In this document: positions 20,376-33,568 of the stretch, one piece after another | Numbering within the stretch: the stretch's first letter is position 1 | Layout of the letters: every line of letters begins with the position of its first letter | NCBI GenBank assembly: GCA_965225945.1 | Contig: CBDDBZ010000039.1 | Coordinates: 384,001-448,000 of the forward strand | From: Alphaproteobacteria bacterium | GTDB taxonomy: Bacteria > Pseudomonadota > Alphaproteobacteria > GCA-2731375 | Length of the DNA: 64,000 nt | Reading direction: 5' to 3' | The notes under the pieces: generated by a model | What the model saw: the letters and a program-made list of their open reading frames with translations, nothing else | Database searches by the model: none | Told to the model about the DNA's origin: nothing | Program-made: the position numbers and the translations under genes

Positions 20376-20762
20376 ATGAAGCCCCCCACCCCCTTCGCCT
20401 TGCTACTCCAACATTGCGGACTCTCTCATCGGGAGACCGCCGACTTTCTCATGACAAGCGTCGACGCCGTGAAGTCCTGGTCCTCCGGCCGCAACCGGCC
20501 GCCTGCTTTCGCGACGGGCAAACTGGCCGATCTCGCGCTAGGCATCGACGAAGAGGCCCGGGGCTGGTTCCACATGATCGAGGATGGCATCGACCCCGAC
20601 AACGTCACGCCGGACGTGATCGAGTTGGAGATTGCCCCTGACGACAATGAGGCTCGCAAGCACGGCAAGCCCTGTGCTGCGGTCGAGCGCGCGGTCCTGG
20701 CGCGCGTCGTCGCCTGGGGTATGTGGAAGGGACTGAATTTCCGAATTGTCCCGCGATTGTAG
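20376..20762 (+). CDS. Phage-like XRE/Cro-type HTH protein
   Basis: AGGAG RBS; CGLSHRETADFLMTSVDAVKSWSSGRNRPP matches an HTH pattern; C-terminal domain not recognised. Confidence 0.7.
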   Translation: MKPPTPFALLLQHCGLSHRETADFLMTSVDAVKSWSSGRNRPPAFATGKLADLALGIDEEARGWFHMIEDGIDPDNVTPDVIELEIAPDDNEARKHGKPCAAVERAVLARVVAWGMWKGLNFRIVPRL

Positions 20763-20913
20763 TCGCGGCGCTAGGGCCCCCGCGTGAGCCGGAGCAAGCC
20801 GGTGTCCGGCACCAGCGAGAATATTCTGGGTCACCCATTGGGCGTCTGTTTGCAAGAGCATGCATCTTCCCTTTCCTCCAGCGACGTGCCGGCAGGTAGT
20901 TTGGGTTTCCTAG

Positions 20914-22539
20914 CAGCCTGTCGGACTTGAGCCGAGGGGTGTGATCTGATTCGATGGCATCGATTGATTCGCCCGCGATTGATGGAGGCCGTGATGAGCA
21001 ACTTCCGAGCGGTGGACCGCGAGACGGGGTTTCTGCTGCCGCCGTCGGTGGATGAATGGCTTCCCGAGCGGCATCTGGCGCGCTTCGTGGTCGAGGTGAT
21101 CGAGCAGTTGGACCTCTCGGCGTTCGTGAAGGCCTATCGCGGCTCGGGCTCGGCGTCCTATCACCCGAGCGTGCTGCTGGGGCTTCTGGTCTACGGCTAC
21201 GCCACGGGAGTGTTTTTTAGCCGCAAGCTGGAGCGCGCGAGCTATGATTCGGTGGCCTTCCGCTTCATCGCCGCCAACGACCATCCCGACCACGACACCA
21301 TCGCCAGCTTCCGGCGGCGCTTTCTCGTTTCGATCGAAGGGCTGTTCGTCGAGGTGCTGCTGCTGGCTCGGGAAACCGGGCTGCTGAAGCTGGGCACGGT
21401 GGCGCTGGACGGCACCAAGGTGCATGCCAACGCGAGCCGCCACAGTGCCTTGTCGTGGAAACACGCCTGCGAGATCGAAGCCCGGTTGAAGGCCGAGGTG
21501 GTGGAACTGATGAGGCTGGCGGAGGCGGCCGATGCGGCGGATGTGCCGGACGGGATGTCGGTACCGGAAGAACTGGCCCGGCGCGAGGATCGTCTGGCCC
21601 GCATCGCCGAGGCCAAGGCGGCGATCGAGGCGCGGGCGCGCGAACGCCATGAGCGGGAGCGGGCCGAGTACGAGGCGAAGCTCTAGGCGCGCGCGGAGAA
21701 GGCCGAGAAGACGGGCCGCAAGCCGGGCGGCCGTCCGCCCAAGCCGCCGGTGGCCGGGCCCGGGCCGAAGGACCAAGTCAATCTGACGGACGCGGACTCG
21801 CGCATCATGCCGGTGGCCGGCGGTGGCTTCGAACAGTCTTACAACGCCCAGGCCACGGTGGCGGTCGACAGCCTGCTGGTGGTCACCAACGATGTGGTCC
21901 AGGCCCCCAACGACAAGCAACACATCGAGCCGGCGCTGGAAGCGCTCGAGCGGCTCTCCGAGGCGCTGGGCGCGCCCGAGACCCTGCTGGCGGACAGCGG
22001 CTACTTCAGCGAGGCCAACGTGAAGGCCTGCGCCGAGGCCGGGATCGCGCCGCTGATCGCGCCCGCTCGGGAGCACCATCATCTCTCCTGGAAGGACCGC
22101 TTCGCCGGAGCACCGCCGCCCCCGGAGAACCCGACGCCGCTGGAAGCGATGCGCCATCGACTGGCCTCGCCCGAGGGCCGGCAACTCTACGCCCTGCGCA
22201 AGCAAACGCCGGAACCGGTGTTCGGCATCATCAAATCGGTGATGGGCTTCCGCCAGTTCTCGCTACGCGGCCTGGACAAGGTCAGGGGCGAATGGAACTT
22301 GGTGACCCTGGCTTGGAACATCAAAAGAATGTTCACCCTGCAATACGCGTGAGCAAGCGGCCGTGAGCAAAGCGGCAACTCCGTGTCCTCGCGAAAGGGC
22401 CTAAAGTGTATGCTCGCCTCGCGATACACGCGAGCAAGCGGCCGGACGCCATGTCCTCACGAAAGATGCCCGAACCCATGACCTCTCCACATCCCGATCC
22501 GTCCACACCCCTTCTCGCGGACCTCAGTCCGACAGGCTG
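20914..22539 (+). mobile_element. IS1182-family insertion sequence
   Basis: TIRs CAGCCTGTCGGACT/AGTCCGACAGGCTG flanked by duplicated CTAG. Confidence 0.92.
20994..22352 (+). pseudogene. IS1182 transposase with an in-frame TAG at 21684-21686
   Basis: LLPPSVDEWLP, PDHDTIASFR, DGTKVHANAS, NLTDADSR, LADSGY, RKQTPEPVFGIIK. Confidence 0.9.
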
Positions 22540-22718
22540 CTAGCTCCCTCGATGCGGCGTGGCATGGTGGGTTTCTTCAAGTTTGGTGTCGGCTGATGAA
22601 GCGCGCACCAGTCACCCATCAGGATCAAGACCGTTCCCCCGCTTGGCGCGCCGCCGCTCGAGGGAGGGCCCCTGGCGCCCCAGAAATCCTCTTGTGCCAT
22701 GCCGTCTCCAATGGATCT

Positions 22719-22746
22719 CACGCACCAGGGGTCCACGCACCAGGGG
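22719..22746 (+). repeat. 13-bp direct repeat x2
   Basis: CACGCACCAGGGG at 22719 and 22734. Confidence 0.7.
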
Positions 22747-22896
22747 GCAGGTCTTGCTTCTTGCAATGGTGCCCCAAAACACCTGATCGGGGTCGTGCTC
22801 GTCACGCAGCCGGTGCCCTGTCGGACGACTCGCGCGCGGCCCTCGTGACAACCCAATGGACCCAACCGTCGCCGGCCGGGCCTCGTCAAAAAAAAT

Positions 22897-23925
22897 CCTG
22901 ATTACGCACTTTACTCAGCCGGATTGATGTGGTACAAATCGTGAACAAATGGCGTTTTTTCAGGGGGTTCACAATGCCACGCAACAAGGTTCAGTTCCAG
23001 AAGGGGCTCAGCGAGCCGCGTTTTCGTGAGTTGTACGGTACCGAGGAGCAGTGTCGCGAGGCCCTGTTCCGCTGGCGCTGGCCGGAGGGCTTCGCCTGCC
23101 CCGATGTGGCGCCACGCGCCATTGCGAGATCGCCGGGCGAAAACTCTACCAATGCGCCGCCTGCCGTCATCAAGTTTCGCTGACCGCCGGCACGCTCTTC
23201 GACGCGACCAAGCTGGCGCTGACCCTGTGGTTCTCGGCGATCTATCACATGACCCAATCGAAGAAAGGGATCTCCTCCCTCGAACTCGGCCGGCGGCTCG
23301 GCGTCACCCAGACCACGGCCTGGAAGATCAAGCAGAAACTGATGCAGTCCATGCTCGAGCGCGATGCCAAATTGCCGCTCACCGGGCGGGTGGAGATGGA
23401 CGATGCCTACCTCGGCGGCCGCCGTTCCGGGGCCAAGCGCGGCCGGGGCGCGCCGGGCAAGACGCCGTTCGTCGCCGCCGTCCAGACCACGGCGGAGGGC
23501 CAGCCCGTGCGCATCAAGCTGCGCCGCGTCAAGGGCTTCCGCAAGAGCGAGATCGCCAAGATGGCCAAGCGCGACCTGAGCCCTGGGGCGACCGTTTTCA
23601 GCGACGGGCTCAACTGCTTCACCGCCGTCACCACGCGGGGCTGTGCGCATCATCCGATATCCACCGGCTCCGGACCCGGGGCCGTCGCCGTGCCCGCCTT
23701 CAAATGGGTCAACACCACCCTCGGCAACCTCAAAAACACCCTGCGCGGTACCTACCATGCGATCCGACCCAAGCATGTGCCGCGCTAACTGGCGGCGTTC
23801 CAGTACCGATACAACCGCCGCTACCGGCTCGCCGACATGATCGAAGCCCTCGGCCGCGATGCCCTGCGCACGCCGCCCATGCCATATCGGCTCCTGAAAT
23901 TGGCTGAGGTTAGTGCGTAATCAGG
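22897..23925 (+). mobile_element. IS1595-family insertion sequence, copy 2 (transposase pseudogene 22974-23920)
   Basis: Same TIRs as copy 1; A-rich target AAAAAAT on both sides; 1-bp deletion in the C-run near 23100 and TAA at 23786-23788. Confidence 0.95.
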
Positions 23926-23933
23926 AAAAAATT

Positions 23934-24010
23934 TGGTGGGCCCGGCAGGGCTCGAACCTGCAACCAGACCGTTATGAGCGGCCGGCTCTAACCAGTTGAG
24001 CTACGGGCCC
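23934..24010 (-). tRNA. tRNA-Ile2 (CAT anticodon, lysidine type)
   Basis: GGGCCCGTAGCTCAACTGGTTAGAGCCGGCCGCTCATAACGGTCTGGTTGCAGGTTCGAGCCCTGCCGGGCCCACCA; CAT followed by AA and position downstream of rpoD favour Ile2 over Met. Confidence 0.9.
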
Positions 24011-24038
24011 CGAGGCGCGAGCGGTCCGGAGGCGAGCC

Positions 24039-25961
<1,923 letters not shown>

Positions 25962-26061
25962 TCGCCACATCGCTCCCCGATCGCGCCACGAGACGCCGTG
26001 TCCCGCGTGCTCTACCCCGCCCGATCCACAACCGCCGACGCCGGCTAGGGCGTCGGCGTAG

Positions 26062-27885
26062 CTATGCTACGCCGCGACGCGCCTTGTCGAGTTCCGTGCG
26101 CACCGCGTTCAGCCGCGCCAGATTGCCATCCGTCATTTCGTCACCGTACGCCACCACCGCCGTCCGTAGATCCGCCTCCAGATCTTTCAGCCGATGACCG
26201 CGACAGGCATCGAGCCAACCCTGTCGGGCCACCTCTCGCTCGGCGTCCGAGTACGCGAAGGAGGGAAATCGCACGCCGCCCCCACCGGTCAGCGCGTCGA
26301 TCGCGTCCGCCACGTCCTGGTCGCTCAGATTGTGCCGAAGATGCTCCACATCAAGGGTCCGCGCCATCGCGAGAGTTTCTATGATCAGCCCATGAAGCCT
26401 GTCAAGCGCGGGCGCCCGGAAGGTCAGCTCGGCGAAGGCTTCGAAGAACTCCGGTTCCTCCAACAGATCCGGGTGATTGAGCGGGACCGCCAGCAGCAGC
26501 GGCTCGCGCCGAACCTCGCCCTGCTCGAGATCGTAGCGCCGCGCGAGCGGCCGATCGTCGCGCCAGAACGAAGCCGCGCGAGCCGGCCTGCGCCCGTCTT
26601 CGGCCGGCCGGCGTCGGCCGGCGCCGAAGAGGCGGTCGACGGCGTGGCGAAAGTGCGCGCGGTAATAAACCTTGACCGTCTCGTCCTGGATCTGGCCGGC
26701 GAGACGGCCGAGGTCGCGGCGCAGCCCCGCGCGGCGCTCGGGCGTGTCGAAATTGCGGCCCTCCAGCGCGCCTTCCCAGAGGACCTCGACCAGCGGCCGG
26801 GGGCTGGCCAGCATCTCGCGAAGCGCGGCCCGGCCGCGGCGCGCCAGCAGACTGTCCGGATCCTCGCCCGGCGGCAGGGTGACAAAGCCGAGCGAGCGGC
26901 CGGGCCGAAGCTGCTCCAAGGCCCGCTCCGCCGCGCGGCGGGCCGCCCGGGCGCCGGCCGCGTCGCCGTCGAAACAGAGCACCGGCTCCGGCGCCAGGCG
27001 CCAAAGCTCGGCGAGCTGCGACTCGGTGAGCGCGGTGCCGAGGGGGGCGACCGCGTGGTCGACGCCGGCCCGCGCCAGGGCGATGACGTCCATATAGCCC
27101 TCGGCCACCACCACCGTGCCGGCTTGGTGCGCGGCCTCGCGGGCCGGCGCGAGGTTGTAGAGCGTGCGGCCCTTGTCGAACAGCGGGCTCTCGGGCGAGT
27201 TCAGATATTTGGCCCGCGCCTCGCCCAGCGCCCGGCCGCCGAAGGCGATCACCTGGCCGCGCCGATCGGCAATCGGGAAGATGATCCGGTCGCGGAAGAA
27301 ATCGTAGCTCTCCCCTCCGTCGTCCGGCCGGCCGACCAGCCCCGTCTCGATCAGCCCCGCCTCGGCCCGGCCCCGCGCCAGGAACGCCGTTTTCAGCCGC
27401 TCGCCGCCGGCGGGCGCGTAGCCGAGGCGGAAGCGGGCGATGGTCTCGCCGTCGAGGCCGCGGCCGGCGAGATAGGCGCGGGCCTCGGCCCCCGCCTCTC
27501 CGGCGAGCTGGTGCTCGAACCACTCCGCCGCCTGGCCCAGGAGTTCGCCCAGGCTCTCCCGGGCGTCGCGTCGCGCATCGGCCTCGGGATCGGGGGCCGG
27601 CGGGACCATTCCGACGCTCGCCGAGAGCCGCTCCACCGCCTCGGGAAAGCTCGTGCCCTCGGTTCCCATCACGAAGTCGATGGCGCTGCCGTGCGCGCCG
27701 CAGCCGAAGCAGTGATAGAAGCCCTTGGCTTCGTTGACCGTGAACGACGGCGTCTTCTCGTCGTGGAAGGGACAGAGGCCGGACCACTCGCGGCCCCGGC
27801 GGCGCAACTTGACACGGCGCGCGATCAGGTCCGCCAGACCGATGCGGTCCTTGAGTTCGTCGAGATAACCTGGATCGAAGGCCAT
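26062..27885 (-). CDS. dnaG: DNA primase
   Basis: [38 protein letters not shown]. Confidence 0.97.
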   Translation of the reverse strand: MAFDPGYLDELKDRIGLADLIARRVKLRRRGREWSGLCPFHDEKTPSFTVNEAKGFYHCFGCGAHGSAIDFVMGTEGTSFPEAVERLSASVGMVPPAPDPEADARRDARESLGELLGQAAEWFEHQLAGEAGAEARAYLAGRGLDGETIARFRLGYAPAGGERLKTAFLARGRAEAGLIETGLVGRPDDGGESYDFFRDRIIFPIADRRGQVIAFGGRALGEARAKYLNSPESPLFDKGRTLYNLAPAREAAHQAGTVVVAEGYMDVIALARAGVDHAVAPLGTALTESQLAELWRLAPEPVLCFDGDAAGARAARRAAERALEQLRPGRSLGFVTLPPGEDPDSLLARRGRAALREMLASPRPLVEVLWEGALEGRNFDTPERRAGLRRDLGRLAGQIQDETVKVYYRAHFRHAVDRLFGAGRRRPAEDGRRPARAASFWRDDRPLARRYDLEQGEVRREPLLLAVPLNHPDLLEEPEFFEAFAELTFRAPALDRLHGLIIETLAMARTLDVEHLRHNLSDQDVADAIDALTGGGGVRFPSFAYSDAEREVARQGWLDACRGHRLKDLEADLRTAVVAYGDEMTDGNLARLNAVRTELDKARRGVA

Positions 27886-28227
27886 GCCGCCACCCCGCCG
27901 CGCCGGCGCCGGCGAATGGCGCCGATTCGCGAGCAAGGTATTTTATGCCAACCGCCACGGGACACGACTCTTTCATGCTGGCTGCGGCCTGGACGGCTAG
28001 TATGACCTGCCGGCCCTGGCGGATCGGCGCAATCACTTCGTCGCGGACCCGGATCGTTCCGGCGGCGGAGTCTCGGGCAGACCGGCTGCTCGAAGCGCCG
28101 CCAGGAATTTGGCCTGCTGCGCCGGCCTGGCGTGGAGATGGATCCTGGCTGCCGCTTGCAAGCTAAAACGCGGCACCGCGCTCCGCAACGCCTCCACCGT
28201 GACACGCGCCAGCCCGGCGGGGCGGGA

Positions 28228-30099
28228 TCAGCGGCGGAGCGGTATGCGGGCGAGGCCCCGTCGCGGGGCGCCGTCGTCGCTGTCGAACAGCTCCGCCAGC
28301 TTCTCCATCATCGCGCCGCCGAGCTGTTCGGCGTCGACGATGGTGACGGCGCGGCGATAGTAGCGGGTCACGTCGTGGCCGATGCCGATGGCGATCAGCT
28401 CCACCGGCGAGGCGCTCTCGATCCACTCGATGACCTGGCGGAGATGCTTCTCCAGGTAGTTGCCGGCGTTGACTGAGAGCGTGCTGTCGTCGACCGGCGC
28501 GCCGTCGGAGATCACCATCAGGATGCGGCGCTGCTCGGTCCGGGCCAGCAGGCGCTCATGCGCCCAGAGCAGCGCCTCGCCGTCGATATTCTCCTTCAGT
28601 AGCCCCTCGCGCATCATCAGGCCGAGGGCGCGCCGGGCGCGCCGCCAGGGGGCGTCGGCCGGCTTGTAGATGATGTGGCGCAGGTCGTTGAGGCGGCCCG
28701 GGTTGGCCGGCTTGCCCTCGCGCAGCCAACGCTCCCGGCTCTGCCCGCCCTTCCAGGCCCGGGTGGTGAAGCCCAGGATCTCGACCTTGACGGCGCAACG
28801 TTCGAGCGTGCGGGCCAGGATGTCGGCGCACATCGCCGCCACCGTGATCGGGCGCCCGCGCATCGAGCCGGAGTTGTCCAACAGCAGGGTGACGACGGTG
28901 TCGCGGAAGTCGGTGTCCCGCTCCATCTTGAAGGAGAGCGGGTTCATCGGATCGACCACGACGCGGGCGAGCTTGCCGGCGTCCAGCAGGCCTTCTTCCA
29001 GATCGAACTCCCAGGAGCGGTTCTGCTTCGCCATCAGGCGGCGTTGCAGGCGGTTGGCGAGGCGCGCGACCGCGCCCTGCAGATGGTGCAGTTGCTGATC
29101 GAGATAGAGCCGAAGCCGGCCGAGCTCCTCCAAATCGCAGAGCTCGGCGGCGTCGATCACCTCGTCGCAGTCGGCGCAAAAGGCGTGATAGGGCGGCTCG
29201 TTGTGGCCGGGCAGGCCATCGCCGGGGCGCCACTGGCGGCGGCCGCGGCCGGGGTCCTCGCTCCCCATGCTGGTCATCGATTCGTCGGCGTCCATGGCAT
29301 CGGCATCGGCCGAGTCGTCGGCCTGGCCGTCCATCGAATCGGCGTGCCGCGACTCGCCGTCGTCCGCGCCGCCCTCGGCGCCCTCGCCTTCGCCCTCGCC
29401 GCCAGCTTCCGGCTGCTGCTCGGGGTCGGCGTCGGGATTGTCCTCGTAGTCGTCCGATTCCTCGTAGTCGTCCTCGCCGATGTCGAGGTCGGCGATCAAC
29501 TTGCGGGTGAGGCGCGCGAAGCTCGCCTGGTCGCGGATATAGGTGCCGATCTGGTCCAGTTCCTCGCCGGCGTGGCTCTCGATGAACTCGCGCAGCCCAT
29601 CGACCATCGCCTCGGCATCGCTCGGCGGCGTCTTGCCGGTCAGCCGCTCGCGCACCAGCATGGCGACGACCTCCGGCAGCAGGGCCTCGCCCGGATCGGT
29701 GATCGAGCCATAGCCTCGGGCCCGGCAGCGCTCTTCCAGAAGTGCGTCGAGGTTGCTCGAGACACCACGCATCCGATTGGCGCCGATCGCCTCGACCCTA
29801 GCCTGCTCCGCCGCCTCGAACACGGCACGCGGGATCGCCGAGCGCGGGCGAAACCGACTATGCAGACGATCGTCGTGATGGCGGGTCCAGAGCGCCAACG
29901 CGTCCCCGGCGCCGCGCACCTGCGCCACTTCATGGGCGGGAAGTGCGCGCGAGGGCAGCGGCAGACGGGTCTGCCCGCTCCGCCCGGCGGCGCCTTCCGC
30001 GCCGAAGCTGACTTCCAACTCGGAATCGGCCGCGATCGCGCGGACCGTGGCGGTGACCGCCCGCTTGAAGGGCTCGACGGGGCTTTCCGGCGTGCTCAT
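28228..30099 (-). CDS. cobT: Cobaltochelatase subunit CobT
   Basis: Acidic linker, v[34 protein letters not shown]. Confidence 0.95.
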   Translation of the reverse strand: MSTPESPVEPFKRAVTATVRAIAADSELEVSFGAEGAAGRSGQTRLPLPSRALPAHEVAQVRGAGDALALWTRHHDDRLHSRFRPRSAIPRAVFEAAEQARVEAIGANRMRGVSSNLDALLEERCRARGYGSITDPGEALLPEVVAMLVRERLTGKTPPSDAEAMVDGLREFIESHAGEELDQIGTYIRDQASFARLTRKLIADLDIGEDDYEESDDYEDNPDADPEQQPEAGGEGEGEGAEGGADDGESRHADSMDGQADDSADADAMDADESMTSMGSEDPGRGRRQWRPGDGLPGHNEPPYHAFCADCDEVIDAAELCDLEELGRLRLYLDQQLHHLQGAVARLANRLQRRLMAKQNRSWEFDLEEGLLDAGKLARVVVDPMNPLSFKMERDTDFRDTVVTLLLDNSGSMRGRPITVAAMCADILARTLERCAVKVEILGFTTRAWKGGQSRERWLREGKPANPGRLNDLRHIIYKPADAPWRRARRALGLMMREGLLKENIDGEALLWAHERLLARTEQRRILMVISDGAPVDDSTLSVNAGNYLEKHLRQVIEWIESASPVELIAIGIGHDVTRYYRRAVTIVDAEQLGGAMMEKLAELFDSDDGAPRRGLARIPLRR

Positions 30100-30108
30100 C
30101 GCCCGCAG

Positions 30109-31128
30109 TCAGACCAGATCGGCCCGGGCGGCCGATTCCGGCAGCTCCTCTCCGAGACAGCGCTGGTAGTATTCGGCGATGATCGAGCGCTCCACCTCGT
30201 CGCAACGATTGAGGAAGCTCAAACGGAAACCAAAGCCGATGTCGTCGAAGATCTCCGCGTTCTGGGCCCAGGTCAGCACGGTCCTCGGCGACATCACGGT
30301 AGAAATGTCGCCGTTCATGAAACCGGAGCGGGTCAGTTCGGCGACCGCGACCATCGCCTCGACGGTCTTGCGGCCCTTCTCGGTGTCGTAGTTCTTGGCC
30401 TTGGCCAGGACGATCTCCTGCTCCATGCCCGCCGGCAGGTAGTTGAGCGTGGTGACGATGTTCCAGCGGTCCATCTGGCCCTGGTTGATCTGCTGGGTGC
30501 CGTGATAGAGCCCGGTGGTGTCGCCGAGGCCGACGGTGTTGGTGGTGGAGAACAGGCGGAACGAGGGATGCGGCCGGATCACCCGGTTCTGATCCAACAG
30601 CGTGAGCTTGCCCTCGACCTCCAGAATCCGCTGGATCACGAACATCACGTCGGCGCGGCCGGCGTCATACTCGTCGAACACCAGGGCACAGGCGTGTTGC
30701 ACGGCCCAGGGCAGGATGCCCTCGCGAAACTCCGTCACCTGCTTGCCGTCCTTCAGGACGATGGCGTCCTTGCCGATCAGGTCGATCCGGCTGATGTGAC
30801 TGTCCAGGTTGACGCGGATGCAGGGCCAGTTGAGGTGATGGGCGACTTGTTCGATATGGGTCGACTTGCCGGTCCCGTGATAGCCCTGGATCATGACCCG
30901 GCGGTTGTAGGCGAAGCCGGCGAGAATGGCGAGGGTGGTGTCACGGTCGAAACAATAGTCTTCGTCGTGGTCCGGGACCAGTTGCGAAGGCTGGGAGAAC
31001 GCCGGCACGACCATGTTGCTGTCGATGCCGAAGGTCTCGCCGACGTTCACCGTGGTGTCGGGGACATCGGTGTCGGGGACATCCAAAGTTTGCGCCGTCC
31101 GCGCGTCCGCGGCCAAAATCGCCGTCAT
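30109..31128 (-). CDS. cobS: Cobaltochelatase subunit CobS (AAA+)
   Basis: [28 protein letters not shown]. Confidence 0.95.
   Translation of the reverse strand: MTAILAADARTAQTLDVPDTDVPDTTVNVGETFGIDSNMVVPAFSQPSQLVPDHDEDYCFDRDTTLAILAGFAYNRRVMIQGYHGTGKSTHIEQVAHHLNWPCIRVNLDSHISRIDLIGKDAIVLKDGKQVTEFREGILPWAVQHACALVFDEYDAGRADVMFVIQRILEVEGKLTLLDQNRVIRPHPSFRLFSTTNTVGLGDTTGLYHGTQQINQGQMDRWNIVTTLNYLPAGMEQEIVLAKAKNYDTEKGRKTVEAMVAVAELTRSGFMNGDISTVMSPRTVLTWAQNAEIFDDIGFGFRLSFLNRCDEVERSIIAEYYQRCLGEELPESAARADLV
31054..31083 (+). repeat. 15-bp tandem duplication inside cobS
   Basis: GGTGTCGGGGACATC x2, encoding [10 protein letters not shown]. Confidence 0.85.
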
Positions 31129-31177
31129 GTAACTCGTCCTGCTCCAAGATTTTCGTGAAGTGAGCGCGGATCCGCAC

Positions 31178-31750
31178 TCACGAGACGCCGTCCGATACCA
31201 AGAAGTTGTAAGCCTCGTTGATCGACTTGAAACGCTCTTCAGCCGAGGTATCGCCACCGGTAGCGTCGGGGTGAAACCGTTTGACCAGTTGCTTATACCG
31301 CATTTTGATCTGTTGCAAGTCGACGCTGGGCTCCAGGTCCAGCGTGGCCAACGCGCGCAGCCGCGCGGCCGAGACCCCGTTGCGGTCGTCTTCGCCGGGT
31401 TCGGCCCCGCCCCGGGCGAAAAAGCCGAACGGATCGCGCGGCAGACGGCCCATCGCGGTGCCAGGGCCGGAACCGAGTCGCCAAGTCGGCCGGTGCCCGA
31501 TCACCGCGTCGCGGCGAAAGCGTTCGATCTCGGCCTCGCTCATGCCGCGAAAATAGTCCCACGACGCGTTGTAGGCGCGGACGTGATCGAGACAGAACCA
31601 GTAGAAGCCGCCGTTCTCGCCCCGCTTGCGGGGCGCGCGAAACTCACCCGCCTGCTCGCAGCTCGGATGCTCGCAAGCGCGCATGCCGTGACCGACCGTC
31701 TCGGATTCGGCCACGCGGGCCAGGGGGATTTCGCGACCACGCTTGCGCAT
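31178..31750 (-). CDS. J-domain protein
   Basis: [12 protein letters not shown]-domain and C-terminal HPD motif; usual neighbour of cobS. Confidence 0.9.
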   Translation of the reverse strand: MRKRGREIPLARVAESETVGHGMRACEHPSCEQAGEFRAPRKRGENGGFYWFCLDHVRAYNASWDYFRGMSEAEIERFRRDAVIGHRPTWRLGSGPGTAMGRLPRDPFGFFARGGAEPGEDDRNGVSAARLRALATLDLEPSVDLQQIKMRYKQLVKRFHPDATGGDTSAEERFKSINEAYNFLVSDGVS

Positions 31751-31978
31751 CCCGGAAGTATGGATACAGGCCGATGTCGGCGCAACCGCGCGCACCACCC
31801 GAGCCGACCGCGGAAGCCGATCGCTCCGCCGTGACCGCCGAACTGGAGAATAGCCTGCTCACGTATAGAGATGTATCGGCTCTCTTGACTCTACTAAAAG
31901 TTACAATAATATCAAGATATAAATATTTTTTTGAATAATGACCCGATGGGCCATGTGACTGAAGCAAGCGCGGCATCG

Positions 31979-32317
31979 ATGAGCAGCCTGGTATGCCGCA
32001 ATATCCGCATCAACGGGCGGCGGACCAGCATCAAGCTCGAATCCTCGATGTGGCATGCGCTGGAAGACATCTGTCGACGCACCGACAGCAGCCTCCATGA
32101 CGTCTGCTCCACCGTCGAGCGCGAAACGGCGGCCGGGACCTTCACCTCGCGCATGCGGGTCTTCATTCTCGACTACTTTCGCGACGCCGAACGTCGGGCC
32201 CGCGGGTGGCCGGGCCGGGTCCGGGCTCGCGATCCGACATCAAGCCCGCCTCCGCCCGCTGCGCCGCCCTCGCCTCATGACGATGGCCTCGGCCACACCC
32301 GGACCCGCGTGACCTGA
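31979..32317 (+). CDS. Ribbon-helix-helix domain protein
   Basis: RNIRINGRRTSIKLESSMWHALEDI...FTSRMRVF; start uncertain. Confidence 0.8.
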   Translation: MSSLVCRNIRINGRRTSIKLESSMWHALEDICRRTDSSLHDVCSTVERETAAGTFTSRMRVFILDYFRDAERRARGWPGRVRARDPTSSPPPPAAPPSPHDDGLGHTRTRVT

Positions 32318-33549
32318 TTGCGCTCGCGCGCCACCACGTCGAAGACGAAGCCCGCGACCTCGAAGCTCTCGCCGACCTCGGGAAGGCGCCTGGCCTCGTG
32401 GATCACCAGACCGGCGACGGTCGCCGCCTCCTCGTCCGGCAGGGTCCACTCGGCGAAGCGGTTGAGGTCGCGCACGGTGACCGTGCCCTCGACGACGTAG
32501 CCGCCGGCGGGATCGCGGCGAATGGCCCGGGTCGCGACGTCGTCGTGCTCGTCGACGATGTCGCCGACGATTTCCTCCAGGATGTCCTCCAAGGTAACGA
32601 GGCCCTGCAGCACGCCGTATTCGTCGACGACCAGCGCGAAGTGGGCGCGGCGCTCGCGAAAGGCGTTCAACTGCTCGATGAGCGAGGTGGTTTCGGGCAC
32701 GAACCAGGGCGGTCGCGCCAGCGCGGTAATATCGTCCGAACTCAGCCCCTCGCCGTGGCGATGCAGCGCGGCCAGGAGATCCTTGGCGTGCAGGATGGCG
32801 ATGATATTTTCCGGCTCGTAGCGCCAGAGCGGAAATCGCGTGAAGGGGCTTTTGAGAACCTGCTTGACGATTTCGCCCACCGGGCGAGCGGCGTCGATCA
32901 TCGTGATCGCGGTGCGATGCACCATGATTTCGTCGACCTGGACGTCGGCTAGATCGAGGATCCCGCCAAGCATGTCCCGATCGGTCTTCGCCATGCGGCC
33001 TTCGCTGATATGCAGATCGACGGCGCCGAGCAACTCCTCGCCCGGGCTGAGCAGCGGAGCGTCGCCGGTGATCTGGACGCCGAAGAGACGCAGGATGGCG
33101 CCGACCATCGCCTGCACCACCCTGACCAGGGGGCCGAACAGCGCCACCGCGGGGCGAATCAACGGCGCCACCACCAGGGCCGAGCGATTGGCGTTGTGAA
33201 GGGCGTAGGTCTTCGGCATCACCTCCGCGAAGATCAGCACCAGGGCGGTCATGATGACGGTGGCATAGGCGACACCGGCATCGCCGAACACCGCGATCAG
33301 CAGGCTGGTGGCCAGCGCCGAGGCGAGGATGTTGACCAGGTTGTTGCCGAGCAGGATGGTGCCGATCAACCGCTCGCGCCGCTCGATCAAGTCGTTCACC
33401 ACTCGGGCGCGACGATTGCCGCGCTTGGCGAGGTGGTGCATCTGCGCCCGCGAGGCCGTGGTCAACGCCGTTTCCGAGCCGGAGAACAGCGCCGAGAGCA
33501 ACAGCAGCACCACGATCAGCGCGAGCCAGAGCAGCAGTTCCCAATTCAT
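32275..33549 (-). CDS. HlyC/CorC (CNNM-CBS) transporter
   Basis: SALFSGSETAL, GNNLVN, VVDEYG, TLEDILEEIVG. Confidence 0.93.
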   Translation of the reverse strand: MNWELLLWLALIVVLLLLSALFSGSETALTTASRAQMHHLAKRGNRRARVVNDLIERRERLIGTILLGNNLVNILASALATSLLIAVFGDAGVAYATVIMTALVLIFAEVMPKTYALHNANRSALVVAPLIRPAVALFGPLVRVVQAMVGAILRLFGVQITGDAPLLSPGEELLGAVDLHISEGRMAKTDRDMLGGILDLADVQVDEIMVHRTAITMIDAARPVGEIVKQVLKSPFTRFPLWRYEPENIIAILHAKDLLAALHRHGEGLSSDDITALARPPWFVPETTSLIEQLNAFRERRAHFALVVDEYGVLQGLVTLEDILEEIVGDIVDEHDDVATRAIRRDPAGGYVVEGTVTVRDLNRFAEWTLPDEEAATVAGLVIHEARRLPEVGESFEVAGFVFDVVARERNQVTRVRVWPRPSS

Positions 33550-33568
33550 CGTCGCCGCACCATCCCCC

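Noticed and set aside
9071-21686. Amber recoding suggested by in-frame TAGs in hutU and the IS1182 transposase
   Set aside because: TAG terminates many normal genes here (mlaC, xerD, tkt, pgk), hutU also has a frameshift, and the IS1595 copies carry TAA stops; decay explains it
20829-22863. Weak inverted similarity (CATTGGG/CCCAATG) around IS1182
   Set aside because: Too short and gapped to distinguish from chance
19184-23925. Composite transposon bounded by the two IS1595 copies
   Set aside because: Each copy has its own target duplication, so they inserted independently
31909-31930. Second SahR box
   Set aside because: Only a half-site (ATATCAAGATAT) and no methionine gene nearby
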